Of a DNA stretch of 64,000 nt, positions 1-10,153 are shown in pieces; positions within the stretch are counted from its first letter, which is position 1, and the number at the start of each line of letters is the position of its first letter. The notes under the pieces are model-generated. The model saw only the letters and a list, made by a program, of their open reading frames with translations, did not search any database and was not told the DNA's origin. The position numbers and the translations under genes are program-made. Origin of the DNA: an uncultured virus (IMG/VR IMGVR_UViG_3300025122_000011) (lineage: Duplodnaviria > Heunggongvirae > Uroviricota > Caudoviricetes); the IMG/VR virus record IMGVR_UViG_3300025122_000011, one strand, 5' to 3'.

Positions 1-1734
1 TCTTACAAAGTTCACGATACCATTTATAACGTTTCCACCACCATACAGTGAATCCCTGTCACCTTGGTTTAGCTTCACTTCAACATCAGTAGGCTTCGTT
101 AAACGCCCTCTAATGAATCCAGCAGGAGCAAACCAGGGGTCTGCCACCGCATCGGTGTGAACCATTTGACGGATTCCATAAATTCCAGGATCATACCATC
201 TATCCTTACCATCATGCACACTGAAAGTCTGAACCCACGGCCAGTAGACAGCAGCGTAATTACTATTGATTGCAGCAGTTCTAGTATCAGACTGCCCGTT
301 AGTCCAATCGATAGCATTCTGAACTGTTCCAATAGCATAAGGAGGAGAAACCACAGCTAGGAAAGCTTGTGTCTTCTCGGCTAGTGTAACCAGAGCGTTC
401 TGAGTATTCTGGCTAGTAATTCCAGGAACGATTGCTAGTGAGATGTTTAGGATCTCGTCATCTAGAGATTGCATACCAGTCTTAGGATTTACTGCCGCAT
501 CACCAATTAAAGCGGTGTCTCGGTCGGCTGTGTTGGTTGGGATACCGTTATCACCCCCTGTCATATCTGTCGTCCCTTCAAGCATTTTTACGAATCTCGG
601 GTGCATTTCTTGTCTAGTGGCATTGTTTGCTTGTCCGTGAGTTCCATGAAGCGCGATCGAAGTCCCGATAGCAGATACGGTGGTTAGGAATGAGGTTAGA
701 GCCACAGGAGATGCTATATCCCCTCCCGACGCGAATAGAGATGCCTGAATTGTGTCAGAGGTAAGGTTATCAGTAGATCCAGTATTGATCTTATCCTCAA
801 CAAAGTCTTTATTAGAAACTAGTGATACCTTGAACTGCTCTTTTGCGACTCCATCCTCATTTACAGTTAGCAGCGTATAAGGTCCACCTAATTTACTAAC
901 TTCAATACTGTTACCGCTAGTATCACCATTGGTCTTTGTCCCTGCATTATATCCTGCTCCTGGGTTCAACGACTGAACTTGATATGAAAGGCTACTAGTA
1001 GACCCACTATTAAGGGACATACCATACGCTGTCATCTCAGAAAAGCCACCAGTTACATCGTTACCTGACACTCCTCCATACTCATCCATTTGTCTTAGCA
1101 CTTTCAATGAGTTTAGGAGGGTAGGGTCAGAGTAAGCCGAAACAGTCATAGAAGCACCTGACCCAGCCCAACTACCAACTAGCCATCCAGTATCTGAGGT
1201 GGTAGAATCATAATGAACACCAACCTTAGCTGAATCTAACGAGCCTCCGATGACCTTTTGTAGAGCAGCACCTTGGCTACTTAGAGACCCTGTAGTAGTA
1301 CCTGAAGGAATATTATATACCTTTGGAGTGGTAAATTGGTTTACTCCAGCGTTATCAGTGACCTGAACTCTAAGGTAAACAGCACTAACTCCACCCCCAA
1401 GATGTAGTCCAGATACCTGAATAGCTGGGCAAGCTCCTAGTGCAACGGTAGCAGATGCTGCCGAAGCGTCCGATTCTGCTGCTCTTACATAGTAAAGGCT
1501 ATTAGTCTGCTCTAGAATCTCAAGAGCACCTTCCAACCCTTGTCCAAAGATATCCTCTTGTGGAGGACCAAAAGTATCAATTAGCTGTTGTGGACTCGTA
1601 ATAAGAGTGGCCTTGTTCACCTTACCCTTACTAGCAAACCCAACCACGCCAGCAACTGAGGAGTTGACGGTGGGAGCGTATTGAGAGATATCCTTCTCAA
1701 TAACAAAAACGCCAGGACTTACATAATTAGGCAT
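1..1734 (-). CDS. gp18: Contractile tail sheath protein (T4 gp18-like), runs off the window start; absent from the ORF track
   Basis: Hand translation from ATG at 1734 gives MPNYVSPGVFVIEKDISQYAPTVNSSVAGVVGFASKG...LIDTFGPP...LYYVRA, the typical sheath N-terminus (SPGV motif). AAGGAG Shine-Dalgarno lies upstream. Confidence 0.93.
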   Translation of the reverse strand, partial: MPNYVSPGVFVIEKDISQYAPTVNSSVAGVVGFASKGKVNKATLITSPQQLIDTFGPPQEDIFGQGLEGALEILEQTNSLYYVRAAESDASAASATVALGACPAIQVSGLHLGGGVSAVYLRVQVTDNAGVNQFTTPKVYNIPSGTTTGSLSSQGAALQKVIGGSLDSAKVGVHYDSTTSDTGWLVGSWAGSGASMTVSAYSDPTLLNSLKVLRQMDEYGGVSGNDVTGGFSEMTAYGMSLNSGSTSSLSYQVQSLNPGAGYNAGTKTNGDTSGNSIEVSKLGGPYTLLTVNEDGVAKEQFKVSLVSNKDFVEDKINTGSTDNLTSDTIQASLFASGGDIASPVALTSFLTTVSAIGTSIALHGTHGQANNATRQEMHPRFVKMLEGTTDMTGGDNGIPTNTADRDTALIGDAAVNPKTGMQSLDDEILNISLAIVPGITSQNTQNALVTLAEKTQAFLAVVSPPYAIGTVQNAIDWTNGQSDTRTAAINSNYAAVYWPWVQTFSVHDGKDRWYDPGIYGIRQMVHTDAVADPWFAPAGFIRGRLTKPTDVEVKLNQGDRDSLYGGGNVINGIVNFVR

Positions 1735-1747
1735 AATTCAATTCTCC

Positions 1748-1918
1748 TTAGAATACTCTTACCATTCGCCTTATGGCTAGTTGTTCGATCTGAGAGCTAA
1801 CATAGTTCTCAGGGATTGTAATAGACTTCCTTGGCTCTAACCAGACAGTCTCTGGGCCTTTAGGGGTTTTGACGTATACTTCTAATCCTTGGACAGACAG
1901 ATTTTTGATTGTCTTCAT
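1748..1918 (-). CDS. Small hypothetical protein (56 aa), absent from the ORF track
   Basis: MKTIKNLSVQGLEVYVKTPKGPETVWLEPRKSITIPENYVSSQIEQLAIRRMVRVF*. It fills the gap before the sheath gene, and CTACATA lies upstream at 1950-1956. Confidence 0.75.
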   Translation of the reverse strand: MKTIKNLSVQGLEVYVKTPKGPETVWLEPRKSITIPENYVSSQIEQLAIRRMVRVF

Positions 1919-2009
1919 GGTATTCTTCTTGTAGTTCTTTACTACTTTATATGTAGCTTACGAACTAGGTCAAAAACTACAATTTCTTCGTAGACCAAAG
2001 AATTTCGAT

Positions 2010-2678
2010 TTACTTCCTAAGCTCTATTTCCCCATGGAACTCTTCTATCTTGCCTGTTGAGGTAATCATAAAGATAGGGGTAGGAATATAAGATTCAACT
2101 TGGATGTTAAGTTTCTTTACCATAATACGAGCATCAGCATCCCCTAAGACTGTTTGATAACTGTTATCCTCACTAGAAAGAAATACTTGAGTATGCTTAT
2201 TTAGAGGAGTTTCAAGGGTTAAAGCGGGGTTGAAAAGGCGTCTACATTGCTCTGTGATTTGGTTGATATCCGCCACATATTTAGACCATAAATTCACTTC
2301 AAAGTTGAAATCTACAGCTACAGGAGCTAGACTAACCAGTCTTACTGCTCTCTGGTGTCTATGGCTCCAGTACTTATTTTCTTGAAGAACAGGAGAAAAC
2401 TTACGTCTGGTCTGAGATCCTTCCCTTGCTCTATTGATAATAGAAATTATTGGAAGGATGATATTATCCTCTGTCGTTATCCTAGCTACAGTCCTCTCAG
2501 GACCACCGTAAACACATTTTACAGGGATTATCTTACCTTCTTCGTCTCTGTAGGAGATATTGCTAAACACTCCTAGAAGGGCAGCTAGAGCCTGCTTATG
2601 CACGCCACTAGTCCCTTTCCAAATTCGAGACATTTCTAAGACTTTTTGCCTTATACTAGTTTTAGTGTTACTATCCAT
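2010..2678 (-). CDS. Tail completion/sheath stabilizer (gp15-like), paralog B
   Basis: Lies between neck and sheath genes. IPVKCVYGGPER...LPIISI...PVAVDFNFEVNLWSKY...QITEQ...FNP matches the gp15-family pattern. Confidence 0.7.
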   Translation of the reverse strand: MDSNTKTSIRQKVLEMSRIWKGTSGVHKQALAALLGVFSNISYRDEEGKIIPVKCVYGGPERTVARITTEDNIILPIISIINRAREGSQTRRKFSPVLQENKYWSHRHQRAVRLVSLAPVAVDFNFEVNLWSKYVADINQITEQCRRLFNPALTLETPLNKHTQVFLSSEDNSYQTVLGDADARIMVKKLNIQVESYIPTPIFMITSTGKIEEFHGEIELRK

Positions 2679-2735
2679 CTATAGTTTTAGTAGAGATTGT
2701 CTCAGTTATGATAATTCTAATTGTTTCCACTGTGG

Positions 2736-3467
2736 TCATAATGTAGTAATATCCAATTCAATATGGGGAGTGTATTCAATTTCTCCTGTAGAGGTTAGTA
2801 GGAATTTCGGACTTGGGATATACGACTCAATACGAATTTCAACTACTCTACGAATAATTCGATCTTCTCCATCTCTGTAAGTAGTGTTAGTTTGATCAAC
2901 TTCTTCTACTAAAAACGCTTGAGTTTCACTGCTGAACTTATTAGGAATATTCAAACTAGGATTGAACATGAAACTAATTTGCTCTAATATTTGATCTAGA
3001 TCTTCTCCATACTTTGCCCAAATATTGATTTTAAAAGTCGTATTTAAAGGAGTAGGACTCAAAGAAAGAATTCTCCTAGCTCTTTGATCTTTATCACTCC
3101 ATTCTACATCATGAACTAGAACTGGACTATATCTGCTCCTAACGGCATCAATATCAGATATGTCTTGCTCAATACTAATCACAGGAAGAACAATATTGTC
3201 TTCTTGAACCTGCTTAGCTACTGCTCGTTCAGGATTAGCGTAAATCCTCTTAATAGGAATAATCTTATTCTCATTGTCAACTCTATAAAGATCATCGAAT
3301 ATGTGTTCTAATTCCTTAGTCAATTCACGATAGATCTCAAGAATCAAGTCTTGAGATGTGGTCATATTGATTAACTTATCATGAACACGTTTTTCAATTT
3401 GTAGCAGTTTATTTATACTACTTTTAGCTCTTAGATCGTCTCCAAGAGATTGATTGAAAGTGCTCAT
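2736..3467 (-). CDS. Tail completion/sheath stabilizer (gp15-like), paralog A
   Basis: Same motifs as 2010-2678 (IPIKRIYANPER, LPVISI, QILEQI..MFNP). Directly follows the gp14-like gene. Confidence 0.7.
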   Translation of the reverse strand: MSTFNQSLGDDLRAKSSINKLLQIEKRVHDKLINMTTSQDLILEIYRELTKELEHIFDDLYRVDNENKIIPIKRIYANPERAVAKQVQEDNIVLPVISIEQDISDIDAVRSRYSPVLVHDVEWSDKDQRARRILSLSPTPLNTTFKINIWAKYGEDLDQILEQISFMFNPSLNIPNKFSSETQAFLVEEVDQTNTTYRDGEDRIIRRVVEIRIESYIPSPKFLLTSTGEIEYTPHIELDITTL

Positions 3468-4033
3468 TAGATATTACCTCTGCTATAGCCTCCGACATCA
3501 TCATCCGATACATTAGTTAGAGGGGTATCTTGCACATCAGGGTTATCACGCAGTAGTCTAGCAAAGCAGTTTAGATGATAAATACCATAGGCTTCAAAAG
3601 AGTCTTCCTGAACCTCAAATATTTCATACCTCTGCTCTTGAAAACGAGGCTTGATAACATCTCCAGCTATTGGACGCCTTCCGATGATCCTCTCAATATA
3701 GGTCATATTGAAAACAAAAATCTGATCATTAGTTAGTTCAATACCAAACTCTGAGAGATTCTCCTCAAGTGGAGTAGGATCATAGTGTCCAAATACAATA
3801 ACTGGATCTTTATCTATAGGCTTATTTCTAGCTTCCATATAAACTGGATCATACTCGCCAGCATAGTATTTGTAGTATTCCAATTTAGAACCTGCTAACC
3901 TAATAGATTCTTCATCAATAAGATTAAGCATATTTAAATCGTTGCTACCAGGATCAAAAAGGCTAAGTTCACTTTCAGTAATCTCTGGAAGGGGAGGAAG
4001 TTTAGTGGTTACTTGAAAATTCTTTTTCGCCAT
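3467..4033 (-). CDS. gp14: Neck protein (gp14-like head closure)
   Basis: ESIRLAG, YDPVYME, LSEFGIELTND, RPIAGDVI and YEIFEV motifs; downstream of the gp13-like gene. Confidence 0.75.
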   Translation of the reverse strand: MAKKNFQVTTKLPPLPEITESELSLFDPGSNDLNMLNLIDEESIRLAGSKLEYYKYYAGEYDPVYMEARNKPIDKDPVIVFGHYDPTPLEENLSEFGIELTNDQIFVFNMTYIERIIGRRPIAGDVIKPRFQEQRYEIFEVQEDSFEAYGIYHLNCFARLLRDNPDVQDTPLTNVSDDDVGGYSRGNI

Positions 4034-4906
4034 TTAGAATACCATAAAATAAGGAGGCTCTTCAATCTGCTCTATAAGTTCAACCATTAGTTCTTCTTTT
4101 TCTAACCTGGACTCATCCCTGAGAGCTTGTCCATCAAGAGTAGCACCTCCACCAGGAGAAGGTAAATTAGCAAACTTTCCACGATGCAATCCTAATATAC
4201 CTTTACAGATAGCCAGTGCATATCTTTGAATCCAATTGATATAGGCTGGATGGATTGTGCCTGTATCAATAGCTCTATACTCTAGAATTACTTTCTGAGG
4301 AGTTATCACAGGACTTGGGGATAACTGTAAGAATCTACCGTTGATAAGGTCCCAGGTTCCTTCCTGGCTTAGAATCTTCCGCATCATTTCCAAGTGCTGT
4401 TGAAGCAAGAAGAACTCACCCACAGAGAAATCTGAGAACAAGTGGTTATCTTGGAAATACTTGATAAAGAAGTCGAACTCAAGAGTTCCTGCCTGTGATT
4501 GAATAGATAACAGAGTCTTCTTGTAGATCACATATTCCAGATTTTGAGCAATAAACAGAGGAAGTTCATACAGATTGATTCCTGCTGATGCATCAAATAC
4601 TGCGTAATTCCTAGCCCAAATAGGAGCATGATAAGACATCTGAGAAGAAGCTTCATCAATTGCAGTCTTTATTTGAAATGGGGTAAGCTCCACCCTAATA
4701 ATGGGATGCCCCAATCTAGCTAAAACAAAATCGTAAATAATTTTTTCAAACTTATTGAACTCAACAACATCAGTCATCTCGTTCTTGTTTAGTCTGTCTG
4801 TAAGAATACCTCCTGAGGCATCATAAGCTGTAAGCTCAATACCCCCGAAAGCTCCAAACGAACTACCGAACGGGGTTATTCTTGGTTTTGGCGGTGCTAT
4901 TGTCAT
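4034..4906 (-). CDS. gp13: Neck protein (gp13-like head-tail adaptor)
   Basis: LARLGHPIIRVELTPFQI..AIDEA and WIQRYALAICK..LG..RGKF..LPSPGGGATLDG are gp13 motifs. Confidence 0.85.
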   Translation of the reverse strand: MTIAPPKPRITPFGSSFGAFGGIELTAYDASGGILTDRLNKNEMTDVVEFNKFEKIIYDFVLARLGHPIIRVELTPFQIKTAIDEASSQMSYHAPIWARNYAVFDASAGINLYELPLFIAQNLEYVIYKKTLLSIQSQAGTLEFDFFIKYFQDNHLFSDFSVGEFFLLQQHLEMMRKILSQEGTWDLINGRFLQLSPSPVITPQKVILEYRAIDTGTIHPAYINWIQRYALAICKGILGLHRGKFANLPSPGGGATLDGQALRDESRLEKEELMVELIEQIEEPPYFMVF

Positions 4907-5069
4907 TCTTTATCTTCCTCTTTGATTTGGGTGTTTCAAATACAGGCTTGATACAATCATATCCAATTGGAGATTTTGATTCGAACTGTTCTCCCGATTC
5001 TATCTTTCTAAGACTTCCATCTACAAATATATGCACTGCATTTAGATGAGTATTTATGTAAGTTACCAT
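4863..5069 (-). CDS. Small basic hypothetical protein (probable start ATG 5069)
   Basis: ORF between the capsid terminator and gp13. CTATATA lies just upstream of the ATG at 5069. Confidence 0.6.
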   Translation of the reverse strand: MVTYINTHLNAVHIFVDGSLRKIESGEQFESKSPIGYDCIKPVFETPKSKRKIKNDNSTAKTKNNPVR

Positions 5070-5087
5070 ACAATTATATAGCCCCAT

Positions 5088-5128
5088 ACAAACAGAAAAG
5101 GCCAGGAGCTTTGGGCTCCTAGCCTCTT
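5088..5128 (-). terminator. Rho-independent terminator after the major capsid gene
   Basis: Minus strand reads AGGCTAGGAGC-CCAAA-GCTCCTGGCCT followed by TTTCTGTTTG. Confidence 0.85.
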
Positions 5129-5149
5129 CTTATGTTACCCTAGGTTGGC

Positions 5150-6775
5150 CTAGGTGTATGCGCCTATAGCGTTAGCACCATGATGCGTTACACGGCTCAT
5201 CGGATCGATCATCCAGTTATCGCTCACTCCAACGATTCTGATAACTCTGTAGAACCTACTCGCAGGGGCGATAGCAGCCTTACCGTAACGAGTAAGGATA
5301 CCCTTCCTTGGCTGGAAGCTCTCAGGGTCAGTGATTGTAGGAAGCTGTTGCAATGGGATATATGGACTGTAAACAAATCCAGCATCCATAGCGTTAGCAC
5401 CCTTATAAGCCACAAGGATCTCATCCTCAGGCCAGAGCGGATCGATATACAAGTCATACTTGCCAGCGAACTTACCCTTATAGGCAATTGTCGTTCCCAT
5501 ATTGGTAGGACGATCAGAAGAGTTTACACCACCTTCAAGCTTAGCTGCACTCTCCAACATCGCTCCAACAATTGGAGAAGTAATTAGAACAGTTCCAGGT
5601 CCACGGTGAGTAGTCCTGTAAATATCCTGGCTTACCAAGTTCAGCATAGCTAGCAGGTTAGCATACCTGTGACCCATGTGCTGAGCAGCCATGCCAGTTG
5701 TAAAGGCAGACGTTGTCAGGTCGATAACGAACACGTTTGAACCGGGGTTGTTAGTATTTGGGATACCCGTGAAATCATAATTAAACGCCGATGGAACAAA
5801 TCCAGTAATTCCATTAGGGTCCTTACCCCCGGTCTGACCGAATGCATTCGGGTTAGCGTTGTCCAGAGAATTCTGATACCAACCACCCGCACCGCCAGTG
5901 ACGCCAAGAGACAAACCACTTGGGTTATATGCAAGCATACGAATGTCTTCTAGAAGCTCACGATCAATTTCCAAAGTAAGCTCCTTACTTAGAAGTTCTG
6001 TCAGTTCGCGCTCCAAGTCCAAGTTGTGATACGCCTTTAGATCCTGTGAAGCTTCAAGGGTCCACAGAGCACGCATCTTACGAGTCTTAGCAACAACTGC
6101 TTGCTGCTGGATTTGGAAGCTGATCTCAGGAATCGCAGTGGACGCAAGACGCTCACCACCAGATACAGACCAACCAGTAATGGTTGTTGGATCAGGCCAG
6201 CCAGCGATCTTACCACCAAAGGTAGTAGACGCTGCACCAGCACTAACTTCCAAGAATGAGCTAAGGTCGATAGTTCCAGTTACGGTCGTGGCATCATTGA
6301 AATCAAAACCACCGTTAGCAGTCCCATTATCAAACTGCCCCGTTCCTTCCTTAGGACCACCAGTTACACCCAATGAAGGACGAGAACCAATCTTCTCGCT
6401 AGTCAGACCACGATAAGTCAGATTGTGCTTACTATAGATATTTTGTGCAGTCGTATTACTGTGACGCGAGTGACCAAGGTAGAAAATCTGACTCACCGGG
6501 CCAGACATCGGCTGAACACCAACAATGTTGTTGGCAATCAGTTCGGGATAAACCCTACGAACTAGCGGGAAAGCAAACTTCTGGAAGGTTCCGAGCTTAC
6601 CGACTGTAGTAGTCGCGGTTGTCACCGCAGCTTCATCCAACCTTTCAGCTAGAATAGCCTTCGCTTGGTTTTCAAGCAAAGTAGCAGTGCATCTACGAAT
6701 ATAGTCGCTCTCGATACCATCTAGAACCTTTTCCCACTTCTCAACTAGTGCAGTCGCACCACCTAAATTATGCAT
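5150..6775 (-). CDS. gp23: Major capsid protein (T4 gp23 family)
   Basis: LVEKW, LLENQ, LVRRVYPELIANNIVGVQPMSGP, AKTRKMRALWTLEASQDLKAYH, YSPYIPL and FQPRKGILTRYG. Confidence 0.97.
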   Translation of the reverse strand: MHNLGGATALVEKWEKVLDGIESDYIRRCTATLLENQAKAILAERLDEAAVTTATTTVGKLGTFQKFAFPLVRRVYPELIANNIVGVQPMSGPVSQIFYLGHSRHSNTTAQNIYSKHNLTYRGLTSEKIGSRPSLGVTGGPKEGTGQFDNGTANGGFDFNDATTVTGTIDLSSFLEVSAGAASTTFGGKIAGWPDPTTITGWSVSGGERLASTAIPEISFQIQQQAVVAKTRKMRALWTLEASQDLKAYHNLDLERELTELLSKELTLEIDRELLEDIRMLAYNPSGLSLGVTGGAGGWYQNSLDNANPNAFGQTGGKDPNGITGFVPSAFNYDFTGIPNTNNPGSNVFVIDLTTSAFTTGMAAQHMGHRYANLLAMLNLVSQDIYRTTHRGPGTVLITSPIVGAMLESAAKLEGGVNSSDRPTNMGTTIAYKGKFAGKYDLYIDPLWPEDEILVAYKGANAMDAGFVYSPYIPLQQLPTITDPESFQPRKGILTRYGKAAIAPASRFYRVIRIVGVSDNWMIDPMSRVTHHGANAIGAYT

Positions 6776-6785
6776 GAATGTCCTC

Positions 6786-7427
6786 TTAGTTAGGCATTAG
6801 CCTCATTGACTCCTCAGAAAGGAGTTCAGTTCTTACATTTACACGGTCTTCTGGCTTTCTTGGGTCTCCCCCGTTTATAGAAGCAACGTGCGCTCTCTCA
6901 GAAGATTTGAAGGGTTTCTGAGTTGATTCTTCTAAAGATTTTACATTAGCCTTTAGACCCTTTACGTTCTGGTTAAGACCCTTCTTTTCTTCCGATAGGC
7001 GCTCAACTTTCTGAGTTAAAGCCTTTACTACCGTAGCAAGTTTGGTATTCTCTTCCAAGATCTTATTGACTTCACTAGTAAGAACATTGTTTTCTTCTTC
7101 TAGTTCCATCTGATTGAGTCCCATAATTTGGACTGCATTATTTTCGTCTTCCTGCATCAATTCTGTTGACATCAAGGCTCGGACATTTTCGAACATTTGA
7201 GCATTGCGGAAGGTGTCGTTTTCCAACTCCAACTCCTTAATCGCCTGCTCTTTGATTTCATCCACTTGAGAACGAATGTATGAAATTACTTTTGTGTTGA
7301 GAGACTTCACCCTTTTGGTGACCGTTTCGTTGATAATTGTATCAACAAGTGTTGCAATTTCCTTTACGGTATCTTCCGTAAGCCCTTCGGGCAATAGACT
7401 TGCAATATTCTTTAGTTTCTTATTCAT
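6786..7427 (-). CDS. gp22: Prohead core scaffolding protein (gp22-like)
   Basis: Coiled-coil, E/K-rich protein located between the protease and the major capsid gene. Confidence 0.75.
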   Translation of the reverse strand: MNKKLKNIASLLPEGLTEDTVKEIATLVDTIINETVTKRVKSLNTKVISYIRSQVDEIKEQAIKELELENDTFRNAQMFENVRALMSTELMQEDENNAVQIMGLNQMELEEENNVLTSEVNKILEENTKLATVVKALTQKVERLSEEKKGLNQNVKGLKANVKSLEESTQKPFKSSERAHVASINGGDPRKPEDRVNVRTELLSEESMRLMPN

Positions 7428-7494
7428 AGGTTCCTATTTGTAGAAGCTTAGCCTCTAGATAATATTTACTGGTTATTTGAGAAAAAGATGTAAA

Positions 7495-9213
7495 TTATTT
7501 CTTCTTGTCCTTCTTGTCCTTATCTCCATGCATTGAAGCTGATGGATCGCCGACATCCCCGCGAGCACCGAGATCACGAACTACAGCGGTGACGGTTGGA
7601 TCGGGATCATCTCCTGATCGACTCGGCGGATTCATCTTACTCCTGGCTTGTAAAGCCTTGAAATTTGCCTCTGCCTCTGCCTTTGCCTTTGCCGTCTTGC
7701 CCTTTGGCTTTGCCGTAGTATCCTGCGGCGTCTTCGGCTTCTTGCGTTCACCGGAATTCGTCCAGTCGCTCGGCTTCGCCTGCGCCGGGTTGTCCGCCGC
7801 TCGTTTGCGCGACCTGAACACCCCATGGATGATCTCAAAACGAGAACGCTTCTTTGGCTTAGACACATCTAGCGTGACTTCATTAGTCTGCTTTATCAAG
7901 TCGCTGAGGCCAGGAGAATACCCAGCATTTAGTTTATCCTGTTGCTGCTTTATCAGGCGACGAGTTGCCGTCGCTCTCTGCAAATCTTTCGGGCTAAGGG
8001 AAGCTGAGCCTCGCCTAGTATCAGACTGAGTTCCAGTGTAGGAGATTGGCCCCGACCCCCCTTGGCGTGGAAGTCGTCCACCTCTAGCAACCCTCCGCTG
8101 CGCGAGCAATAAAGACAACCGATTGGAACCTGAAAATCCGCTGTCTTCCCGCGACTTCGCTGCCTCGGTCTCAGCGGCTCTTCTGGCTATTGCAGCAAGG
8201 TTTTCCCTTTCTTCCTCTTTTTGATTCGCCTGTCTCGTGCGAGCACCCCGCGTGCTGGCCGACGATCTTCGCATTGACTTAATACGGTCCTCTTGCGAAT
8301 CGCCCGCTGCCCTATCCCTCGATGCTGTATAGCCAGCAGGGTCCTTCTCCTTAGCGGCATCGCGCTGAGCGAATGAAGTAGCACCCGGGCCTAAACCCTT
8401 TTCTCCACTCCTGTAAGCTCTTCCTAATGCGTCCTTTCCTGCAACAAAACCTGTGACCCCCTTTCTCTTTAGACTCTTAGCTATTCCAACACCAGTGCCT
8501 ACCCCCGATCCGACCTTTCTAGCTACCCGCTTCGATCTGCCCGCCAAATTCGCGGCACCCATAGCAACCCTCCGTGGATCGAGAGAGAACTCTTCAAGTT
8601 CATCTTCAGACAAGCCTTGAAGTTCTTCCTTTAGTAGAGCAATAAAAGCCCTCTCTCCGAGAACCTTTTTGTATGCTCCTGAGATCTTATCCTCTCTTTG
8701 TACACTTTCAGTAATACCTGGGAAAGCTCCTTGAACTGAAGGATCGGCTACCAAATCGTATGTCCTCATATCCAGGTCATCGTTAACGTCAGTAAAGCCT
8801 TCCCCCTCATCACAGGGCGTCAGAGAGCCTAGGGCTCTACTAGAGATCCCCAACTGCACTCCATCATTTATGAGGCACTCCGCTACTCGACCAGCAGGAG
8901 TTGATAGTAATTCCATCTCTCCGATAAGGTCATTACCCTTCCAAGAAAGTTTGGTGATCCTATGGGATGCATTCTGTAGTTTTACTACGTCATAGTTCGG
9001 ATGGTCAAGCTCGCCCACAAGACGGTTTTCCTTAATAAGTTCATGCATCTTTCCTCTTTCTCTTTCAAGAAGATCTTTCTTGTAACGACGCTTATTTTTA
9101 TTGAACTCATCAGCACGTTGGAATATTCCACACAACTTAGTTCTAGAAGTTCCCCTTCTGCCCTCAGAAATGACTTGTAGTTTGAAAACTGGATTAAATT
9201 CTTGTAGTAACAT
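7495..9213 (-). CDS. gp21: Prohead protease (gp21 family) with ~370-aa basic low-complexity C-terminal extension
   Basis: GIFQRAD..NKNKRRY, GELDHP, ASHRIT, STPAGRV, LGISSRALGSL and YDLVADPS all fall in the first ~170 aa. Confidence 0.92.
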   Translation of the reverse strand: MLLQEFNPVFKLQVISEGRRGTSRTKLCGIFQRADEFNKNKRRYKKDLLERERGKMHELIKENRLVGELDHPNYDVVKLQNASHRITKLSWKGNDLIGEMELLSTPAGRVAECLINDGVQLGISSRALGSLTPCDEGEGFTDVNDDLDMRTYDLVADPSVQGAFPGITESVQREDKISGAYKKVLGERAFIALLKEELQGLSEDELEEFSLDPRRVAMGAANLAGRSKRVARKVGSGVGTGVGIAKSLKRKGVTGFVAGKDALGRAYRSGEKGLGPGATSFAQRDAAKEKDPAGYTASRDRAAGDSQEDRIKSMRRSSASTRGARTRQANQKEEERENLAAIARRAAETEAAKSREDSGFSGSNRLSLLLAQRRVARGGRLPRQGGSGPISYTGTQSDTRRGSASLSPKDLQRATATRRLIKQQQDKLNAGYSPGLSDLIKQTNEVTLDVSKPKKRSRFEIIHGVFRSRKRAADNPAQAKPSDWTNSGERKKPKTPQDTTAKPKGKTAKAKAEAEANFKALQARSKMNPPSRSGDDPDPTVTAVVRDLGARGDVGDPSASMHGDKDKKDKKK

Positions 9214-9629
9214 TATTTTTTAGATCCTCTATAACCACTTTTGAAATTCTTTTCACTCTTGAGCTTATTAGCAGTTTGCTTACCATGCTTTACAAGAGTT
9301 CTATTTGCATACCCTTTCACATCCTTGAAGGACGCACCAGGAGTTGCACTACCAGGGGTAAACCCCTTAGCTGTCTTACCTGAAACCCTTTGATCAGTGT
9401 CTTTACCCCATCCCCCTTTTGTGATAACATACAGACGTTGTGATCCTTTAGTGGAAAACATCTGGCCTGGGTGTCCTCGTTTCAAAGCTTTCAAGATTGT
9501 AGGATAAACTTTTACTCTCGACTTCTCAGCCGTTTCTTTACCGCCCTTTCCTTTAGACTTAGCCCTACCAGATGCTGACCCTTGAGCTTTTTCGGCCCTT
9601 GATTCATTGATTGCATCAAAAATATCCAT
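9213..9629 (-). CDS. Basic hypothetical protein, possible internal head protein
   Basis: K/G-rich 138-aa ORF in the head operon, coupled to neighbours by TAATG. N-terminal AINE resembles a gp21 cleavage site (inference). Confidence 0.6.
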   Translation of the reverse strand: MDIFDAINESRAEKAQGSASGRAKSKGKGGKETAEKSRVKVYPTILKALKRGHPGQMFSTKGSQRLYVITKGGWGKDTDQRVSGKTAKGFTPGSATPGASFKDVKGYANRTLVKHGKQTANKLKSEKNFKSGYRGSKK

Positions 9630-10153
9630 TAGTCTTCCAAATACTCCTTTAGAGCGTCAGCAATAATTCTGTTTTCAGTGGACTCTCTCTTCTTCTTCTT
9701 TTTCTTAGTAGATGTCTTTTTCTTAGTAGATGTCTTTTTCTCAGGGCCTGCCATGTTGACACCAATAGTTCCCACTGTGGTCATCATTTCTAGGATAAGG
9801 TTCTGAGCCTGAATAACTGCTTCTTGAAGATTCTTTACAACCTTAGGAAGTCTATCCATCGGAATTTCCTTCTTAGTAGTCTCTTCACTAACAACAACCG
9901 TATTTTCAACTGATTCTAATTCTTTACTAAGGTCCAAAGGCTTTTTACCAGTCCACATCTCCATAAGAGTATCGGGAATCTCAATATTAGAAATATCCAA
10001 CTGTCCTGCTACTTCTGTAGCAGTATCATCAGATGTATCTCGGGTAAGATCAGGAGCCCTTTCAGATCCCTCTCTAATCTTTGATTCTTGATCACGCAAC
10101 ATATCTTCAACAAAGTTGCCAACGTCGATATCTGGTAATTCGTTATTTGCCAT
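9629..10153 (-). CDS. Hypothetical head-operon protein
   Basis: 174 aa, acidic N-half, KKTST repeat and poly-K near the C-terminus; translationally coupled. Confidence 0.65.
   Translation of the reverse strand: MANNELPDIDVGNFVEDMLRDQESKIREGSERAPDLTRDTSDDTATEVAGQLDISNIEIPDTLMEMWTGKKPLDLSKELESVENTVVVSEETTKKEIPMDRLPKVVKNLQEAVIQAQNLILEMMTTVGTIGVNMAGPEKKTSTKKKTSTKKKKKKRESTENRIIADALKEYLED

Noticed and set aside
99..640. Short ORFs listed in the track at the window start
   Set aside because: They are shadows of the tail sheath gene (1-1734, minus), which the track missed because it runs off the edge.
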